In this document: piece after piece, positions 1-12,899 of the stretch
How the letters are laid out: each line of letters starts with the position of its first letter
Position numbering within the stretch: position 1 is the stretch's first letter
NCBI GenBank assembly: GCA_024679065.1
Contig: JAGIQG010000006.1
Location: forward strand, 8,432,001-8,496,000
Direction of reading: 5' to 3'
DNA from: Sphyrna mokarran
Taxonomy: Eukaryota
DNA length: 64,000 nucleotides
Made by a program: the position numbers and the translations under genes
The notes under the pieces: model-generated
Told to the model about the DNA's origin: nothing
What the model saw: only the letters and a program-made list of their open reading frames with translations
The model's database searches: none

Positions 1-49
1 ACAAGTTGGGCCGAAGGGCCTGTTTTCATGCTGTAAATCTCTATGAGCA

Positions 50-1963
50 TTATTTCCTCAGATGGGCAGTCGAGGAGGGATTGGAGGAAGAGGCCGGAGA
101 GGAGTTGGAGGATGGAGGACAGAGAGGGTCAAGGGTTTTCATGGACAGAAGAACTGATGTTCCCTCATTGCTTCCCACTTTACTCTTCAGCAATACGGTG
201 TTGGCCAGCAGTTTAACAAGCCCTTCATAACAGTTCTGCCATCGTGGGAGGAGGGACACAGTAAAACTTTGGTCAACTGCGTGCTGGGTCTGGGGAGTCC
301 TTGTGCTTGCTGCCGAGTCAGTGCAGGAGGGTGATACTGATTCACAGTATGGAACCGTCTGAGATGCTCCACAGATACTGCTTCTGTCTCTCTGGCTCCC
401 GTTTGTCTGCCTGGCTGGCTCCTGTCTGCCCGTCTGCCTGGCTGGCCGGCTCCAGTTCATTGGCTCTCTGGCTGATCTCTGAGTGTGGGTGTGCCCTACA
501 TTCCTCTGTCCCCGAGCAATAGAGGGGGATTAGAGGTGAGGGTCTCAGTTTTACTGATTAATCCTTTCAGGAATGATGTTATTGTCACTTTGGACCGCAC
601 CATTTGCCTGACATTGAGGGCCTGTGAGAAGAGCTTTGTCCCGATGGGAAGAATCGCTAGCCCATTGGGAGGAGGATTAACGAGAGTGAGATCGTAAGGT
701 TGTGGTAACAAGAGCTTTTAATATCGTTACAAGTGCATCTGAGACATTTGATAAAGACCCCTAGCTTTCTGTGCCAACCTTGACATGTGCCCATGCTGCA
801 ACCCTGCAATTTCTCACCCTTGTGAACCCTCTCACTCTGTCGAGGTGTGTTCCCAGGATACACAGCAAAGGTGGAGGTGGTCTGCTGCATTCCACACCCT
901 CTTGCTTGAGGTACACTTGAGGGAGGGCTGGGACCTATAGGACACTGGCATATTCTCAGATGGCCAGAGTGTTGCAGCGTCACCCTGTTCAGCCCCCTGC
1001 CTCTGAGGTGCACCGTTATCTGAAATTGGGGAATCAGAAGGGCTGGTCGCTTCCAGCCTTTCCTGAGTGGAATGCCCCAGGATACACTCCAGGGAATTCC
1101 CCTCCCTCCGGGAACTTGACGGCAGCTGGGTTAATCCATGGGATGGAGGGCAACTGGACTGAGCTCCAGAAGCCTCAGCATCATCAGATCTGCCTGTCCT
1201 GAAGACCAACCATTGACTAAACATCAGAGTTCCTCGATCAGGAATCTGACCTCTTGCCTCAGCTTTTTTAACTCTGGTGCCATTGTTGTAATGTTGGTCT
1301 GAGTGCCACCCATTCCTGGCAGCGTGTCCTGCAGCAGAAGGCTCTGGGATTCCTCTATTTGGCCTCGCAGTGGCAGAAGTTTTACAGACACCCCTTCCTG
1401 GCATTCCTGGCTCTGCCTCCATATCTCCAGCAACTGACGGATGAACATTTCCAGGGATATCTCACTCGGTCAGGGCACAGCTGAGTTCTGGGATCGAACA
1501 GACCTCTGACTGTCTGATGTGCATCAGAAGTTGTGTGGTGTTCACCAGATAGTGACTCAGAAGCTGCCCGCTAATGTCACCCACCGGAGTGTGTGTGTCT
1601 CTGCGCTGTGGATGGTGTGAATGATAGCTGGGGTGTTTCATCCTGTCTGCATCAACAGTGACAAAGTGGAAATAGTTGAAAGTTTCAAGTTTCAGGGTTT
1701 TGGGGAGAGTGGGGGTGGTGGGGGGTTGGGGGGGTGAGGAGCGATGTTGTGTCAGACTTGCTAATGATATTGCAATCCAGTTAAATTTATGCTAATAGGT
1801 TTTGATCAGTCTCTGGGTGTGAAGAAGTTTGTGCTCTTAAAAAGAGGCTGGGATGATCACAAATCATTTCATGATGGGCACATATCAAATTTTTAGCATC
1901 TCACGCTATTTTCCCAGCTCACCACACTGATCGCTGGGTGCAGTGAGGTGGTAAAATCACACC
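50..1963. mobile_element. possible decayed PIF/Harbinger-type transposon remnant
   Basis: GC-rich decayed coding-like stretch ending in TIR-like ggtaaaatcacaccc (1950-1964) similar to local MITE ends. No diagnostic transposase motif seen. Confidence 0.25.
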
Positions 1964-2192
1964 CTTAGGAATAGCTGTCATTGGGCCCAAGTGCAAATAT
2001 CTGATTCTTTCTTCTCAATAAAACAATTGAGTCTTTCTTTGCTCTTTGGCAATTAAACCACCCAAAATTACTGTCACACAGGCTCCAACACATGTCACAT
2101 GATCCTTTTCATATTACATTTAACTACAGTTCTAAACTGTTATTTCTATTAAAGAAACGATATAGTGTGAAAGCATCACCATCCTGTACATT

Positions 2193-2206
2193 TCACAAAT
2201 AAAGCA
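2193..2206 (-). CDS. candidate short terminal coding exon (VLYL*); alternative at 2132-2145 (EITV*)
   Basis: Polypyrimidine acceptors ttgttttttag (exon start 2206) and tttctttaatag (exon start 2145) downstream of the phase-1 donor at 2711. I cannot choose between them. Confidence 0.25.
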
Positions 2207-2711
2207 CTAAAAAACAAGGCCTGCTGAATCTTTGCTTCTTCCACTCATCAGCACAGACACAAGAATACCAGATTTCAAACAGAACAACAATTTATAATGG
2301 AGGAAAAGAAGGATTCTGATTGGTTGAAGATTGTGTAAGACATATCTTTAATGGATTGATGATTGACAGTGAAATTTGCTGTATTTATGCTTTGCCGATT
2401 GTCCGTTGCCACAGTGGGCAGGAAAGATTGTACCCAATGTTTCAAAACATGAGATTTTGTTCGTAATTTCTTCATTTGGCCGTTGTTTGGTAAATTTGGT
2501 TATTTTGGTTTAACTTTGACACATGGGTTTATAAGACAAAGTTATTCAGGGCCACTGTAACAATTTGGTTTTTGGATACAGATCAGCCAGGCTCTGATTG
2601 AAAAAGTGAACAGACCCGAGGGGCTGAATGGCCTCCTCCACAAAAACTCACAGATTTCACAATATTACCATTAATCCTTCGCAGCAGTCACATTTTTATT
2701 GTGAAACTTAC

Positions 2712-3086
2712 CTACTGTCAACATCCAAATACTAAAACAAATTATAAAATATAAGATCAGTAAAAGAACCCGCACAACATAGGAAACAATAGTGGACATG
2801 TCCTTGTCTTCAGCGATGAGGTGGATCTGACGGACGTCTCTCCCGAGTTCATTTACAGCCACACAGCTGTATGTCCCTCTCAGTATTGGGTTACGAAACT
2901 CTCCTGTGATTTGATGCTTGTCTGCCTCTTGTGTGACTGTTGTGTCAGGGCTGTTCCCGGACACTGAGCTGCCCTCAGGATCGATCCATGTGATATTGGC
3001 AGGTGGCACCGCTTTAACCCGGCACACGATGCTCTCTCCAGTTACATCATCGCTCACTGTCGACAGATTCAAGATGGTGGCTGGGA
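2712..3086 (-). CDS. Ig C2-set plus transmembrane exon of the same Siglec-15-like receptor
   Basis: 375-nt phase-1/phase-1 exon; acceptor tttccttccccaag|TCCCA, donor GTAG|gtaagt; in frame with the V exon (..LQVV-VPATILNLS..). Motifs CRVKAVPPANITW and GTYSCVAVNELG, then hydrophobic IVSYVVRVLLLILYFIICFSIWML. Confidence 0.88.
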
Positions 3087-4154
3087 CTTGGGGAAGGAAA
3101 GGGACAATGAGGTTAACAGCGATCCATTGATCCTTACTGGAATATAGGAACAGGGATTGGCTATTTAACCCTTCAGCTTGTTTAACCATGCGGTGAGATC
3201 AGAATTGATCTGTGACCAAGTTCCATTGAACTGCCTGTAGAAATGTTTCTGAACTTCAATCCTGAAAAGTCTGGCTCTGATGTTTAGGCTTCTGACTCCT
3301 GCCCTGACTTTCAAAACCAGTGTCATAGAGTCATAGAGGTTTACAGCATGGAAATAGGCCCTTCAGCCCAATTTGTTAATGCAGCCTTTTTTTAAACCTC
3401 TAAGCTAATCCAAGTTGTCCACATTTGGCCTATGTCCCTCTATACCCATCATATTCATATAACTATCTAAATGGTTTTTAAAAGACAAAATTGTACCTGC
3501 CTCTATTACTATCTCTGGCAGCTTGTCCCAGACATTCACCATCATCTGTGTTTAAAAAGAAAATGCCCCTCTGGACACTTTTCTATCTTTCCTCGTTCAC
3601 CTTAAACTTATGCTCTCTAGTTTTAGACTCCCCTGCCTTTGGGAAAAGGGTATCTCGCTGATCTGTGCCCCTCATTATTTTATACACAATGACAATAATG
3701 ACAGTGGCAATAATTTCTCCCATTCTACATTTAAAATTTCTTGTAATAATTTGAAACCTGCGATCAAATCACCTATTAACCTTTTATATTGCAGCGAACG
3801 TAATCCTTGTGTATGTTGTGATCTTTCCTTGTAAAGAACACTTGGATTCAGATATCAGTCTGCAAAATCTACACTCCCTCCAAGACCAATATATCTTTTC
3901 TAATCTGCAGTGCTCCTGAGCTGTTCAGATTCTATCCAGATGTGATCCAAGCTGAGCTTTGTATAGTTCAATCATAACCCCCTTGTATTCTTGTCCTCTG
4001 GATATAAAGGCCAGCATTTCATTCACCTGTATTTGATCATTTTCTGTTCATATCTATGATATTTTAATGAGCACATTGGACATGTTCTGAGCAATTTTCT
4101 GCCCTGGGTCTAAGGAAGGACCTGCTGGCCCTGGGGAGGATTCAGAGAATCCAT

Positions 4155-4512
4155 CACGCAAACCAGCCTCCCATCCATTGACTCTGTCTACACTTCCCAC
4201 TGCCTTGGCAAAGCAGTCGGAATAATGAAGGACCCTGGATATTCTCTCTTCCACCTTTGGGAAAAAGAAACAAAAGTCCGAGGTCCCGTACCAACAGACT
4301 CAAGGACAGCTTCTTCCCTGCTGCTGTCAAACTTTTGAATAAACTTACCTTGCGTTAGGTTGATCTTTCTCTACAACCTCACTATGACTGTGACTCTACA
4401 TTCTACACACTCTCGTTTCCTTCTCTATGAAGAGTATGTTTTGTCATATTGCACACAAGAAGCAATACTTTTCACTGTATGTTAAAGCATGTGACAATAA
4501 TAAATCAGATCA
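4155..4512 (+). mobile_element. Rex1/Babar-like LINE 3' end
   Basis: RLKDSFFPAAVKLLN-type C-terminus plus an aataaatc tail; small related pieces at 1640-1700 and 16545-16600. Confidence 0.7.
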
Positions 4513-5694
4513 AAAGGAGGTTCACAAGAATGATCCCAGGAATGAAAAGCTTGACGAGCGTCTGAAACTCTGGGTCAGTAATTGATGGAGTTTACAAGGA
4601 GAAGGGGAGATCTCATCGAAACTTACAGAATACTGAAAGGACTGGATGAAGTGAACGTGGGGAAGGTTAGATATATTGATGACTACAAGCACCGGACTGT
4701 GGCAACAAGGGAATTTCACTTCATTGCAGTGTTAATGTAAGCCTTACCTGTGAGTAATAAATAAACATGAAAGATATTTCCATTAGCAGGAGAGACTAGG
4801 ATCTGAAGGCACAGCCTCAGAGTAAAGGGACAATCCTTTGGAAAGAAGATGAGGAGGAATTTCTTCAGTCAGTGGGTGGTGAATCTCTGGAATTCATTAC
4901 CACAGAAAGCTGTGAAGGCCAGTTCATTATACTTCAGACAGTGATAGACAGGTTGTGGATTGGTCACGGGATGAAAGGTTACAGGAAAAAGGTGGGAAAA
5001 CGGGGTTGAGAAACTGATGAGACATGATTGAATTGCAGAGCAAACCCGATGGGCTGAATGGCCTAATTCTGCTCCTATATATTATGCTCTTATGGACCTG
5101 TATAACTTGATCTCCTTGGGTCTTTGGACTGTCACTGTTTCTAGATTAATGAATGATTATTACAATTCCATGGTGCTGAGATTCATTACAAGGCTCTCAG
5201 GGAGAAAGTAGTGGAGAGAGAGGTGACACCTAACAGAAGGAGATTGGATTATAATATTCATAAAGGAACCAGATCAACCCCTGGATTTGTTGTTAATCTG
5301 GAAAGAGGATTGAATTAATCGGAGTTTATCCACGGATCTTGACAAAAGCGCAACCCAGGGAATGGAGGATGAAAGAGTCTCCTGAACACTCACTGTTCCC
5401 GACAGGAAATGACACTCACCACAAGGTGGAAATCCACCTCTGGCCATGTTGGTCACAGCCAATCATTCAGTGTCTATTGACTCACTCAGTGCTGTTTCCA
5501 GATGTGGTCATTGGGACCAGGTTATTTGTGTTGGAATAATAAAGGTTCACCTCCATCTCAGCCCCTCACTGGGAATTGACCTGATCTTAACTTTTCACAG
5601 TGCAGAAGAGGGCATTCAGCCCATTAAAGCCACATGGGCTTTTACCCAGACTTAACGCATAACCCTCATATTTATCCCTACACATGTTTGGGCA

Positions 5695-6810
5695 CCAAAA
5701 GGTTCTAAGTGCTGAATTTGTGGGAAAACTGTTGTAATTCACGATTGTTTTTCCAGTGGGAGTTGACACTCGAATCTCCCACACTCTGTGCAATGCAGTG
5801 TCCACTATTAAGAATATCATTAAAAGTTTTGGGGGGGAGGGGTGGAGCCGATCCATGTAAAAGTCTGTCAGTTCTGGAACTCTGTGAAGGAGCAATGGCC
5901 CTGAGCTCTCAGCCTACAGTTTGCTGGCTGGCGATTGAGCTAACCAGCCTGGGGTCCTCACAGTGCTGCCCCTCCAGCCATCCGCCCACGGACTGATCGC
6001 GGATCCAACGAGAATTCATGGGCCAGCCTCGATCCTGTCATCATCCAAGAGTGCCGCAATCTCCACCCCCACCTACCCCCAGCAGTGACGATCCCTCTTT
6101 GGCAGATCCAGTCCCCTCGGGAGGCAGACCCCACTCAGCAGACATCCCACCTCCCAGGAGACCCCACTCCCAGCAGATTGACCCACGGGAGGCAGACCCA
6201 CCTGACAAAACACCCCTCTCCCCCTGGCTCGACCTGTTCACTGACCTCCCTCCAGCCCCAATCGATCACAATGCAGATTGGCAGTGGGATCCCCCCCATT
6301 CCCACCAATTGTCCCCTCGGCCCCACCCACTTGGCACAGCCCAGTAGGCCCTGCCCCTTGGCACTGCCGTGTGCCTGGTGGCAGTGTCAAGGTGTCCCCT
6401 GGGCATGGGCTCTTTGCCCCTTTGGCAGGTCCAGGTGACACAATCGGGAACTGTGATGATGCCCAATCCAGGGGGCAGCCCTCCCACCGTCCGACCCCCA
6501 TGGGTCTCCAGCTACTTCCATGAAAGTGGGTGCTACTCTAAACCCCCCCGGAGTGAAGTTGTACTGGTGTTGGGAGTGGAGGGGAATGTTAGTGGACTTG
6601 AAGAATTCGGTCCCAGGCCCCATTATCACATTTAATTAACATTAAAAATAGATTTAAATCACTCACCTGCTGCTGCCTCTGGTTTCCAGTGCGGTCCTGA
6701 CTGCGCCAGATCTTCGGCGCTGGGTGATGTGTGTCTGTCAGGGACACACACGCAAATCCCGTGAATCGGTCACCAGCGATTCTCCCATCCCACCGGGCTA
6801 AAAAATTAGG
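5695..6810. mobile_element. second copy of the ~1 kb TIR element, inside a SINE in the Ig gene intron
   Basis: Collinear similarity to 15550-16510 (ctcccacactc, aatatcattaaaagtt, ccagcagtgac.atccc, gtcccaggccc, aaaaaattag). Confidence 0.7.
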
Positions 6811-7033
6811 AAACTGGGGGGAAATTTAGCCTGGCCAATCCACCTAACCCATAAATCTTTGGACTGTGGGAGGAAACCACACCAACACAGGAAGACCATC
6901 AAACTCCACAATGTATAAAATGATCAAAGCCGGAAATTGCCGGCACTGTGAGGCAGTAGTGCAAACCACTGTACCACCTGCTACAGAATGTTTTATCCAC
7001 ATCCCCATATCACAAACATTGATGTTTTCTTAC

Positions 7034-7399
7034 CAACAACCTGGAGTCCCATCACATCCTGAGTTACATTTTCCTGATTCCTGTTCCTGACGTGTACGTG
7101 ACAGAAATAATCATCGGTGTCGTTCAGCTGCAGGTTCCTCATCCTGAGGGAAGCGTTTCCTTGGGTTGGGTTTCCAATCAGTTCATATTGATCTCCTTCA
7201 TTCACAGTGACTGTGTCAGTGTAGTCAGAACCAGCCCCCAGGGAATGAGAGTAATTAAAAACAGTGGAAAATTTTTTTTGATGCCTCTTCATCCAGAGGA
7301 CAGTGAGGGAGCTGAGAGAACGCAGAGGGGGATTGAAGGTGCAAGACAGAGTGACAGAATCTCCCTTCACCCCAGTCACTGCCCGTGAATCGTTCTGAC
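7034..7399 (-). CDS. Ig V-set exon of a Siglec-15-like receptor
   Basis: Open phase-1/phase-1 exon of 366 nt; acceptor ccctccctcag|GTCAG, donor GTTG|gtaag. Peptide GDSVTLSCTFNPP..LTVLW..LIGNPTQGNASLRMRNLQLNDTDDYFCHV has the canonical V-set C, W and DxxxYxC. It parallels Siglec-15 as recalled (CTFTHP, LTAIW, LLGNPR, DDRRYFCRV). Confidence 0.88.
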
Positions 7400-7884
7400 C
7401 TGAGGGAGGGAGGATTTGAAAGAACAGATATTAATTATCATGTAGTTTTATTAAATGTAATCTCTACAATGTTTATCTACCCTGTGATATCCCTAAAGAC
7501 AGATAACACCGACCTAGATTTATACAAATACCTGGAAGTTAATGTTCCCTTCAGGAAATGAAGTTGGAAAAGTGCTGAGATCTTGGAGGGAAATTGCTTT
7601 GGAGGATGTGACAGCACTGAGATAGAAAAGGCCATGGAGGGATTTAAAGAGCAGGATGATGATGTTAAATAATGAGGAAATGGGTCTTGTTCCTCTGGAG
7701 AGGATTTCCTTCCGGGTCTGATGGACAATGTGATTGGTGGGATGAAAATGGATTGTGCTGGTGGCTTTTGGGACAGCATTGGGATAAAACCATGGATAAG
7801 TTATCTCAGCCTGCCCGTACTAGACAGAGACATACTCCCATTACTCTCAATATCTACAACTGTCCCCCTCATGGGATAGCATGG

Positions 7885-8140
7885 AGACACGGAGGTTAGC
7901 ACTGCTGCCTCACAGTGTCAGGGACCTGGATTTGATTCCTGACTTGTGTCACTGTTTGTGTGGAGTTTGCACATTGTCTGTGTGGGTTTCCTCTGAGTGC
8001 TCCGAATTCTCCCACATTCTGGAAGATGTGCTGGTTAGGTGCATTGACCAGAATAGGCTCCGGACTGTGGTGACGAGAGGAATTTCACAGTAACTTCATT
8101 TCAATTTTAATGTAAGGCTTATTTGAGACTAATAAATTAA
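7885..8140 (+). mobile_element. HE1/V-SINE-like tRNA-derived SINE
   Basis: A/B-box head (ggttagcactgctgcctcacag..ttgattcc) plus V-domain tgtggagtttgcaca..gggtttcctc. Other copies at about 6810-6975(-), 14290-14560(-), 26790-27060(-) and 39590-39780(+). Confidence 0.8.
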
Positions 8141-9844
8141 CTTTAATTAAATTCACAGCAGGCAGGGCCCAGGCATTCACAAAGATGGAAATCTCAGTCT
8201 TGTACTTTCCCATTTCAAATCCATTTTACTCCAGAGAGCAGGTTAGTGAAGGAGGATCCAGGTTCTAATCTTAGTCTTATATTTAATTACCGAGTCAATA
8301 ATTACAAACAAATATATCCAAACTCAACTGCACAGTTATAGAAAATATGTTTGAAAGGTGTTCAGGAAAAGCCACTCTTTGCATATCATTAAACAGAACT
8401 ATATCCAATTAGGAAATTAAATCCTCATTAAATCCGCTGTGATGTGCTCCTTAGGTGGGTTGGCCATGTTAAATTGTCCCGTAGTGACTTAAAAAGTTTC
8501 ATGAATAACAATCCTTCCACCATGCCAACAAATATAGCCCTTAACTAGCAATTAGTGTTGATATAAGGACCTTATCCCTTCTCCATTGTTATTAATCCAG
8601 TGGTGGGCTGAGGAGAGGCTTGTAACAAAATCCAAAAAGCAAACACTTCCCATGTTATCCAATGTGTGCTTCCCCCCTTGTAACTCATAAACCTTTGTGA
8701 TAACCCCTGCGAGGTCTATGGGAAAGCATTGATTGACCTCTCTGTGGGACTCATTGAGTATGAGTTCCCCTGGTAACAGGCAGTGCCCATCTATTCCTGA
8801 GGCTTGTATAAGGCAGGCCTTGGACTGGGCCTGCTGATTTGCAGTCCCTGGCAGGACCTAGTGGTTTGGAGATGTCTGATTGGGGCTTCATTACACTCTG
8901 GATTTGTTGTACCTGCTGCTGCCAGACTGGGAGCTGAGAGTTACTGGAGAGGGAAGTTGCTGCTTGGACAGAGAGAGAGAGAGGCCCCGAGGCCTGGAGG
9001 CTCACAGGCCTCACAGCCTTGGATATATTCAATGATTCAGCTTCCACTGCTGTCTGGGGAGGTGAATTCTACAAACAAATGACCCTCAGAGGGAAGTTCC
9101 TGTGCACCTCCATCTTAAACTGGAGACCCTTATTCTGAAACTCTGGCCCCTCGTTCGAGATGCGGGAAAAAACTTCCTCTCAGCATCTATATGTCAGGCT
9201 CACGCAGATTCTAATATGTTTCAAGAAGATACCTTTCAATATTCTAAACTCCAAAGTTATCGACACAATCTGCTCGACCTTTCCCCAAAAGACCAACTGC
9301 TGAACCCCAGAATCAGCCCAGTGAATCTTTCTGGAACCTTCTTTGCGTCTGGAGTCACATGTAGGCCAGGCTGGGTAAGGAAGGCAGATTTCTTTCTCTA
9401 AAGGATATGAGTGAATCAGATGGGTTTTTACGATAATCAGTCTAGTCATCACTTGAGTTTTATTTCCAGATTTTTATTTAAAAATAGTGCAACTTATAAA
9501 TGTTGATGTTCATGGACTTGGGGGTGCTCACATTGGGAACACAGAAAGTTAGTGTAAGACCCACAAGCATTTCCTTTATTCATCAGAGACCAAAGTCTCT
9601 GACAGTGCGAGAGTAACTTCTCTCTTTCCATACTCTATATATCAACTAATAACATGAAAGTTTCCCATATACCTTCGCAATGATCTTATACCCCGGGCGA
9701 TCTGATTTATCCTCTCATTGTAGTATCTTATGTTTGAGGGTTTTCATTTACTGCATTGTAAAATGTTCTTATTTGCAAAGGAAGCTAAAGCAAATACACA
9801 AATCTAACAACACACATCCTTAACAATTCTTCTGATCCTATATC

Positions 9845-10275
9845 AATATAAAATTCAGCAAAATATTCAGTAAGAAATTTAGTGTGAAAGCATTATATTC
9901 AGTGTCATATTGAGTATAATATTCGGCAAGATTTTCCACGTGTATTCTATATAATATTCAGAATACAATTCAATATACATTCAGGAACTGTAAAGTCATC
10001 ATCGTGCCAGATGACCAGAGGTTGCTCTACCCTTTGAGTGGGAGAGCTGCCTGGTGATGATTTAACCTGAGGATCATTACATCTCAGCTGTGGGGCAAGG
10101 TTGAGAAGGCAGGGTCTTCATGAATAACCCCCGCAGGTACAGGAATTGAACCCACACTGATGGCATAACTCACCAGATGGCCATCCAACTGAGCTAAACC
10201 AACCCACGTAGCTTTGTTGGTATAATATTCCGTGTAATATGAAGTTTTATATTCAGCATAATAATATTCCATGTA
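9845..10275. repeat. degenerate ~11-12 bp tandem repeat (ATAATATTCAG-like), split by a SINE
   Basis: Recurrent tattca / tattcg / tattcc units at 9845-9985 and 10220-10272. Confidence 0.6.
9992..10207 (-). mobile_element. tRNA-derived SINE
   Basis: A box tagctcagttgg and B box ggttcaattcc followed by a non-tRNA body. Confidence 0.7.
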
Positions 10276-10392
10276 ACACTGACAAGTCACTGATCCTTCT
10301 CACTTGCGGTGAGCCAATTTTTTTCGACACTTTGAATTATTTTACTGAAACAGTATAGCAGAGGGAAAATGAGTTCATTCTTTAAAAATACA

Positions 10393-10444
10393 TATATTTT
10401 GCTGAGCTGGTCAGTGTGAGTGTACACAGCATGATCCACAGCAT
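10393..10444 (-). CDS. candidate signal-peptide exon (MLWIMLCTLTLTSSAKY)
   Basis: Hydrophobic ATG-initiated peptide in non-repeat DNA upstream of the V exon. The only nearby donor (at|gtattt) is weak and phase 2, so it would need an intervening exon. Confidence 0.25.
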
Positions 10445-10659
10445 TCTCTTCACTCCTGCAGTACACAGAGCTCTCTGAAGGCTCAGCACCCACTCGACGG
10501 GACTAATATCATTGCTCACTATCTGATCTTGTTGCTTCCTTCAGTAAACTTGGTGTTAAACAAAAATACTGCTGAAATTTCACAAGGTTGCTGACCAGTT
10601 TAAAATGGGTAAGTGTATTCTAACATGTTTGAGTTCAAAAACTGGATTCTATATTTATT

Positions 10660-12210
10660 CTTTCATAGGATATAGGAGGTGGTCATTGCTGGCTAGGTTA
10701 CCATCAATTTCCCATGTATAATTGCCTTTCCAATGTGTTCATGAGCTGCCTTCTTGAACAGCTACAGTCCAGGTGGTGCAGGTACACCCACAGTGCAGTT
10801 AGGAAAGGAGTTCCAGGATTTTGACGCAGCAACAGTGAGGGAACAGTGACATATTTCCAAGTTAGGTTGAGTGTAGCTTGGAGGGGAACTTGTAGAGAGT
10901 AGGTGTTTCCATGGCTTACCTTGGCCATCTAGGTGGTAGAGCTTGCGGGTTTGGAAAATACTCTCGAAGGAGTCTTGGTGAGTTGCTGTAATGCATTGTG
11001 GAAATGGTACACATGGTTGCCAATGTGCGTCAGCAGTGGAGGGAGTCAATAGTTAAAGTGGTGGATGGGATGTCAGTTAAGTGGGCTGCTTTGTCCTAGA
11101 TGAAATCCAGCTTTTTCCGTGTTGTTGAAGCTGCACTCATCCAGGAAAATGGAGAGTATCTCATTACATTCCTGAATTGTGCCTTTTCAATGGTGAAATA
11201 TTCCAAGTCTTCCACCTGCTTTGTAGCCACAGTATTTATATGGTTAGTCCAGTTCAATTTCTGTTCAATGGTAAGACCCAGGGTGTTGATAGTGGGGGAT
11301 TCAGAAATGCTAATGCAGCTGAACGTCATGGGTAGATGATTGGATTCTCTTTTGATGGTGATGCTCATTGTCTGGCATGAATGTTACTTGTCACTTATCA
11401 GCCCAAGTCTCAATCTTATCCACATTTTGTTTCGTTTAGACATGGACAGATTCAGTATCTGTGGAATCCCGACTGATAATGAACATTATGGAATCATCTA
11501 CGAGCATCCTCAGTCCTGATCTTGTGACGGAGGGAAGGTCATTGATGAAGCAGCTGAAGATGGTTGGGCCTAGGGACACTACCCTGATGAGTTCCTGCAG
11601 AGATGTCCTGGAAGTGAAATGATGCACCTCCAGTCGCCACAACCACCTTCCTTTGTGCCAGGTATGATTCCAACCAGCAGACACGTTTCTCCCAGTTTGC
11701 AAGGGCTGCCTCATGCCATACTGGGTCCAACGCCTTGATGTAAAATCAGTTCATCTCACCTCATCGCTTCAGTCCAGCTCTTTTGTCCATGTTTGAACCA
11801 AGGCTGTAATGAGGTCAGGAACTGAGTGATTTGGGCTGAGGTCAAAACTGGGCCTCACTGAGCAGGTTATTGCTGAGCAGGTGCTGCTTGATAGCGCTGT
11901 CGATGACCCCTTCCATCACTTCACTGATGATCAAGAGCGGCAAGTTTTAGAGCACAAGTCTTCAGAAGCACTGTCAGAATGATATCAGGGTCCATTCCCT
12001 TTGCAGTGTCCAGTGCTTTCAGCCATTTCTTGTTATCACCTGGAGTGAATCAATGGCTGCAGACTGGCATCTATGATACTGGGATATTTAGAGAAGTCCA
12101 GGATGGATCATCCATTTGGCCTTTCCAGCTGAAGATTGTTATGAATCCTTCAGCCTAATCTTTTACACTGATGTGCTAGGCTCCTCCATCACTGAGCATA
12201 GGGATATTTG
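10660..12210 (-). mobile_element. degenerate LINE, same family as 46690-49410
   Basis: GPTIFSCFINDLPSVTRSGLRMLVDD and TINTLGLTIEQKLNWTNHINTVATK. Confidence 0.85.
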
Positions 12211-12899
12211 TGGAGCCAGCTTGGTCTGTGGTGGTATTACCGAGCTACTCTTGGTGATAGGCATTGGAGGATATCTGTGGATTGAGGTTTTCCAACATTC
12301 ACCGATGGGACAGAAAGAGGTGAAAACAAGGGACAAAGTTTCACTGAGTTTAAATTGTTTGTAAAGATTAATGACTGGATTGAATCTCCATAAAGTTTTG
12401 GGACTGAAACTTGTAAATTCTACTGGAGGCATTTAAAATTAGAAATACATAAGCTGAAAAACATGAGTGATTTATTAATACTTCTACCAGACAAATTCCC
12501 TGTGCTGGTACATGTGTTTATGGTAGCCTCAAATGGACAAAATACACCATACAATTTCTAAAATGCAATTTCTTTCATGGGATGTGGGGGTCACTGGCTA
12601 GGCCAGCATTCATGGCCTTTCTCAAGTTGCCCTTGAGAAGGTTGTCCATGTGGTGTTGGTATGCCTATCGTAATTAAATTAGATATAGCTCTTGGGGCTA
12701 ACGGGATCCAGGGATATGGTGGGGATGGCAGGATCAGGATGATCAGCCATGATCAAGATGACTGGGGGAGCAGGCTGAAAAGGCTCAATGACCAACTCCT
12801 GCTTCCATTTTCTAGTTTCTGAATAGCGCTGCAAAGTGACCCCAGTGCATGCTGAGTCTTTGCAGACTCCAGACTTCCTGAACATTTGTGTGATCCACT

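Noticed and set aside
832-1448. 196-aa and 74-aa minus-strand ORFs as cytoplasmic exons of the receptor
   Set aside because: No clear splice sites or signalling motifs; looks like decayed transposon sequence.
5274-5560. Possible extra exon of the Ig gene (donor-like ggtgagt near 5415)
   Set aside because: No convincing acceptor or Ig-like frame; the V and C2 exons already splice in phase.
6018-6635. Overlapping Pro/Gly-rich ORFs
   Set aside because: GC-rich interior of a repeated TIR element; the frames are not conserved in the second copy.
9673-9750. Candidate small exon bounded by AG/GT
   Set aside because: Stop codons in all three frames.
10120-10207. tRNA-like A/B boxes, also at 7885, 30025 and 38085
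   Set aside because: SINE heads without a full cloverleaf; not tRNA genes.
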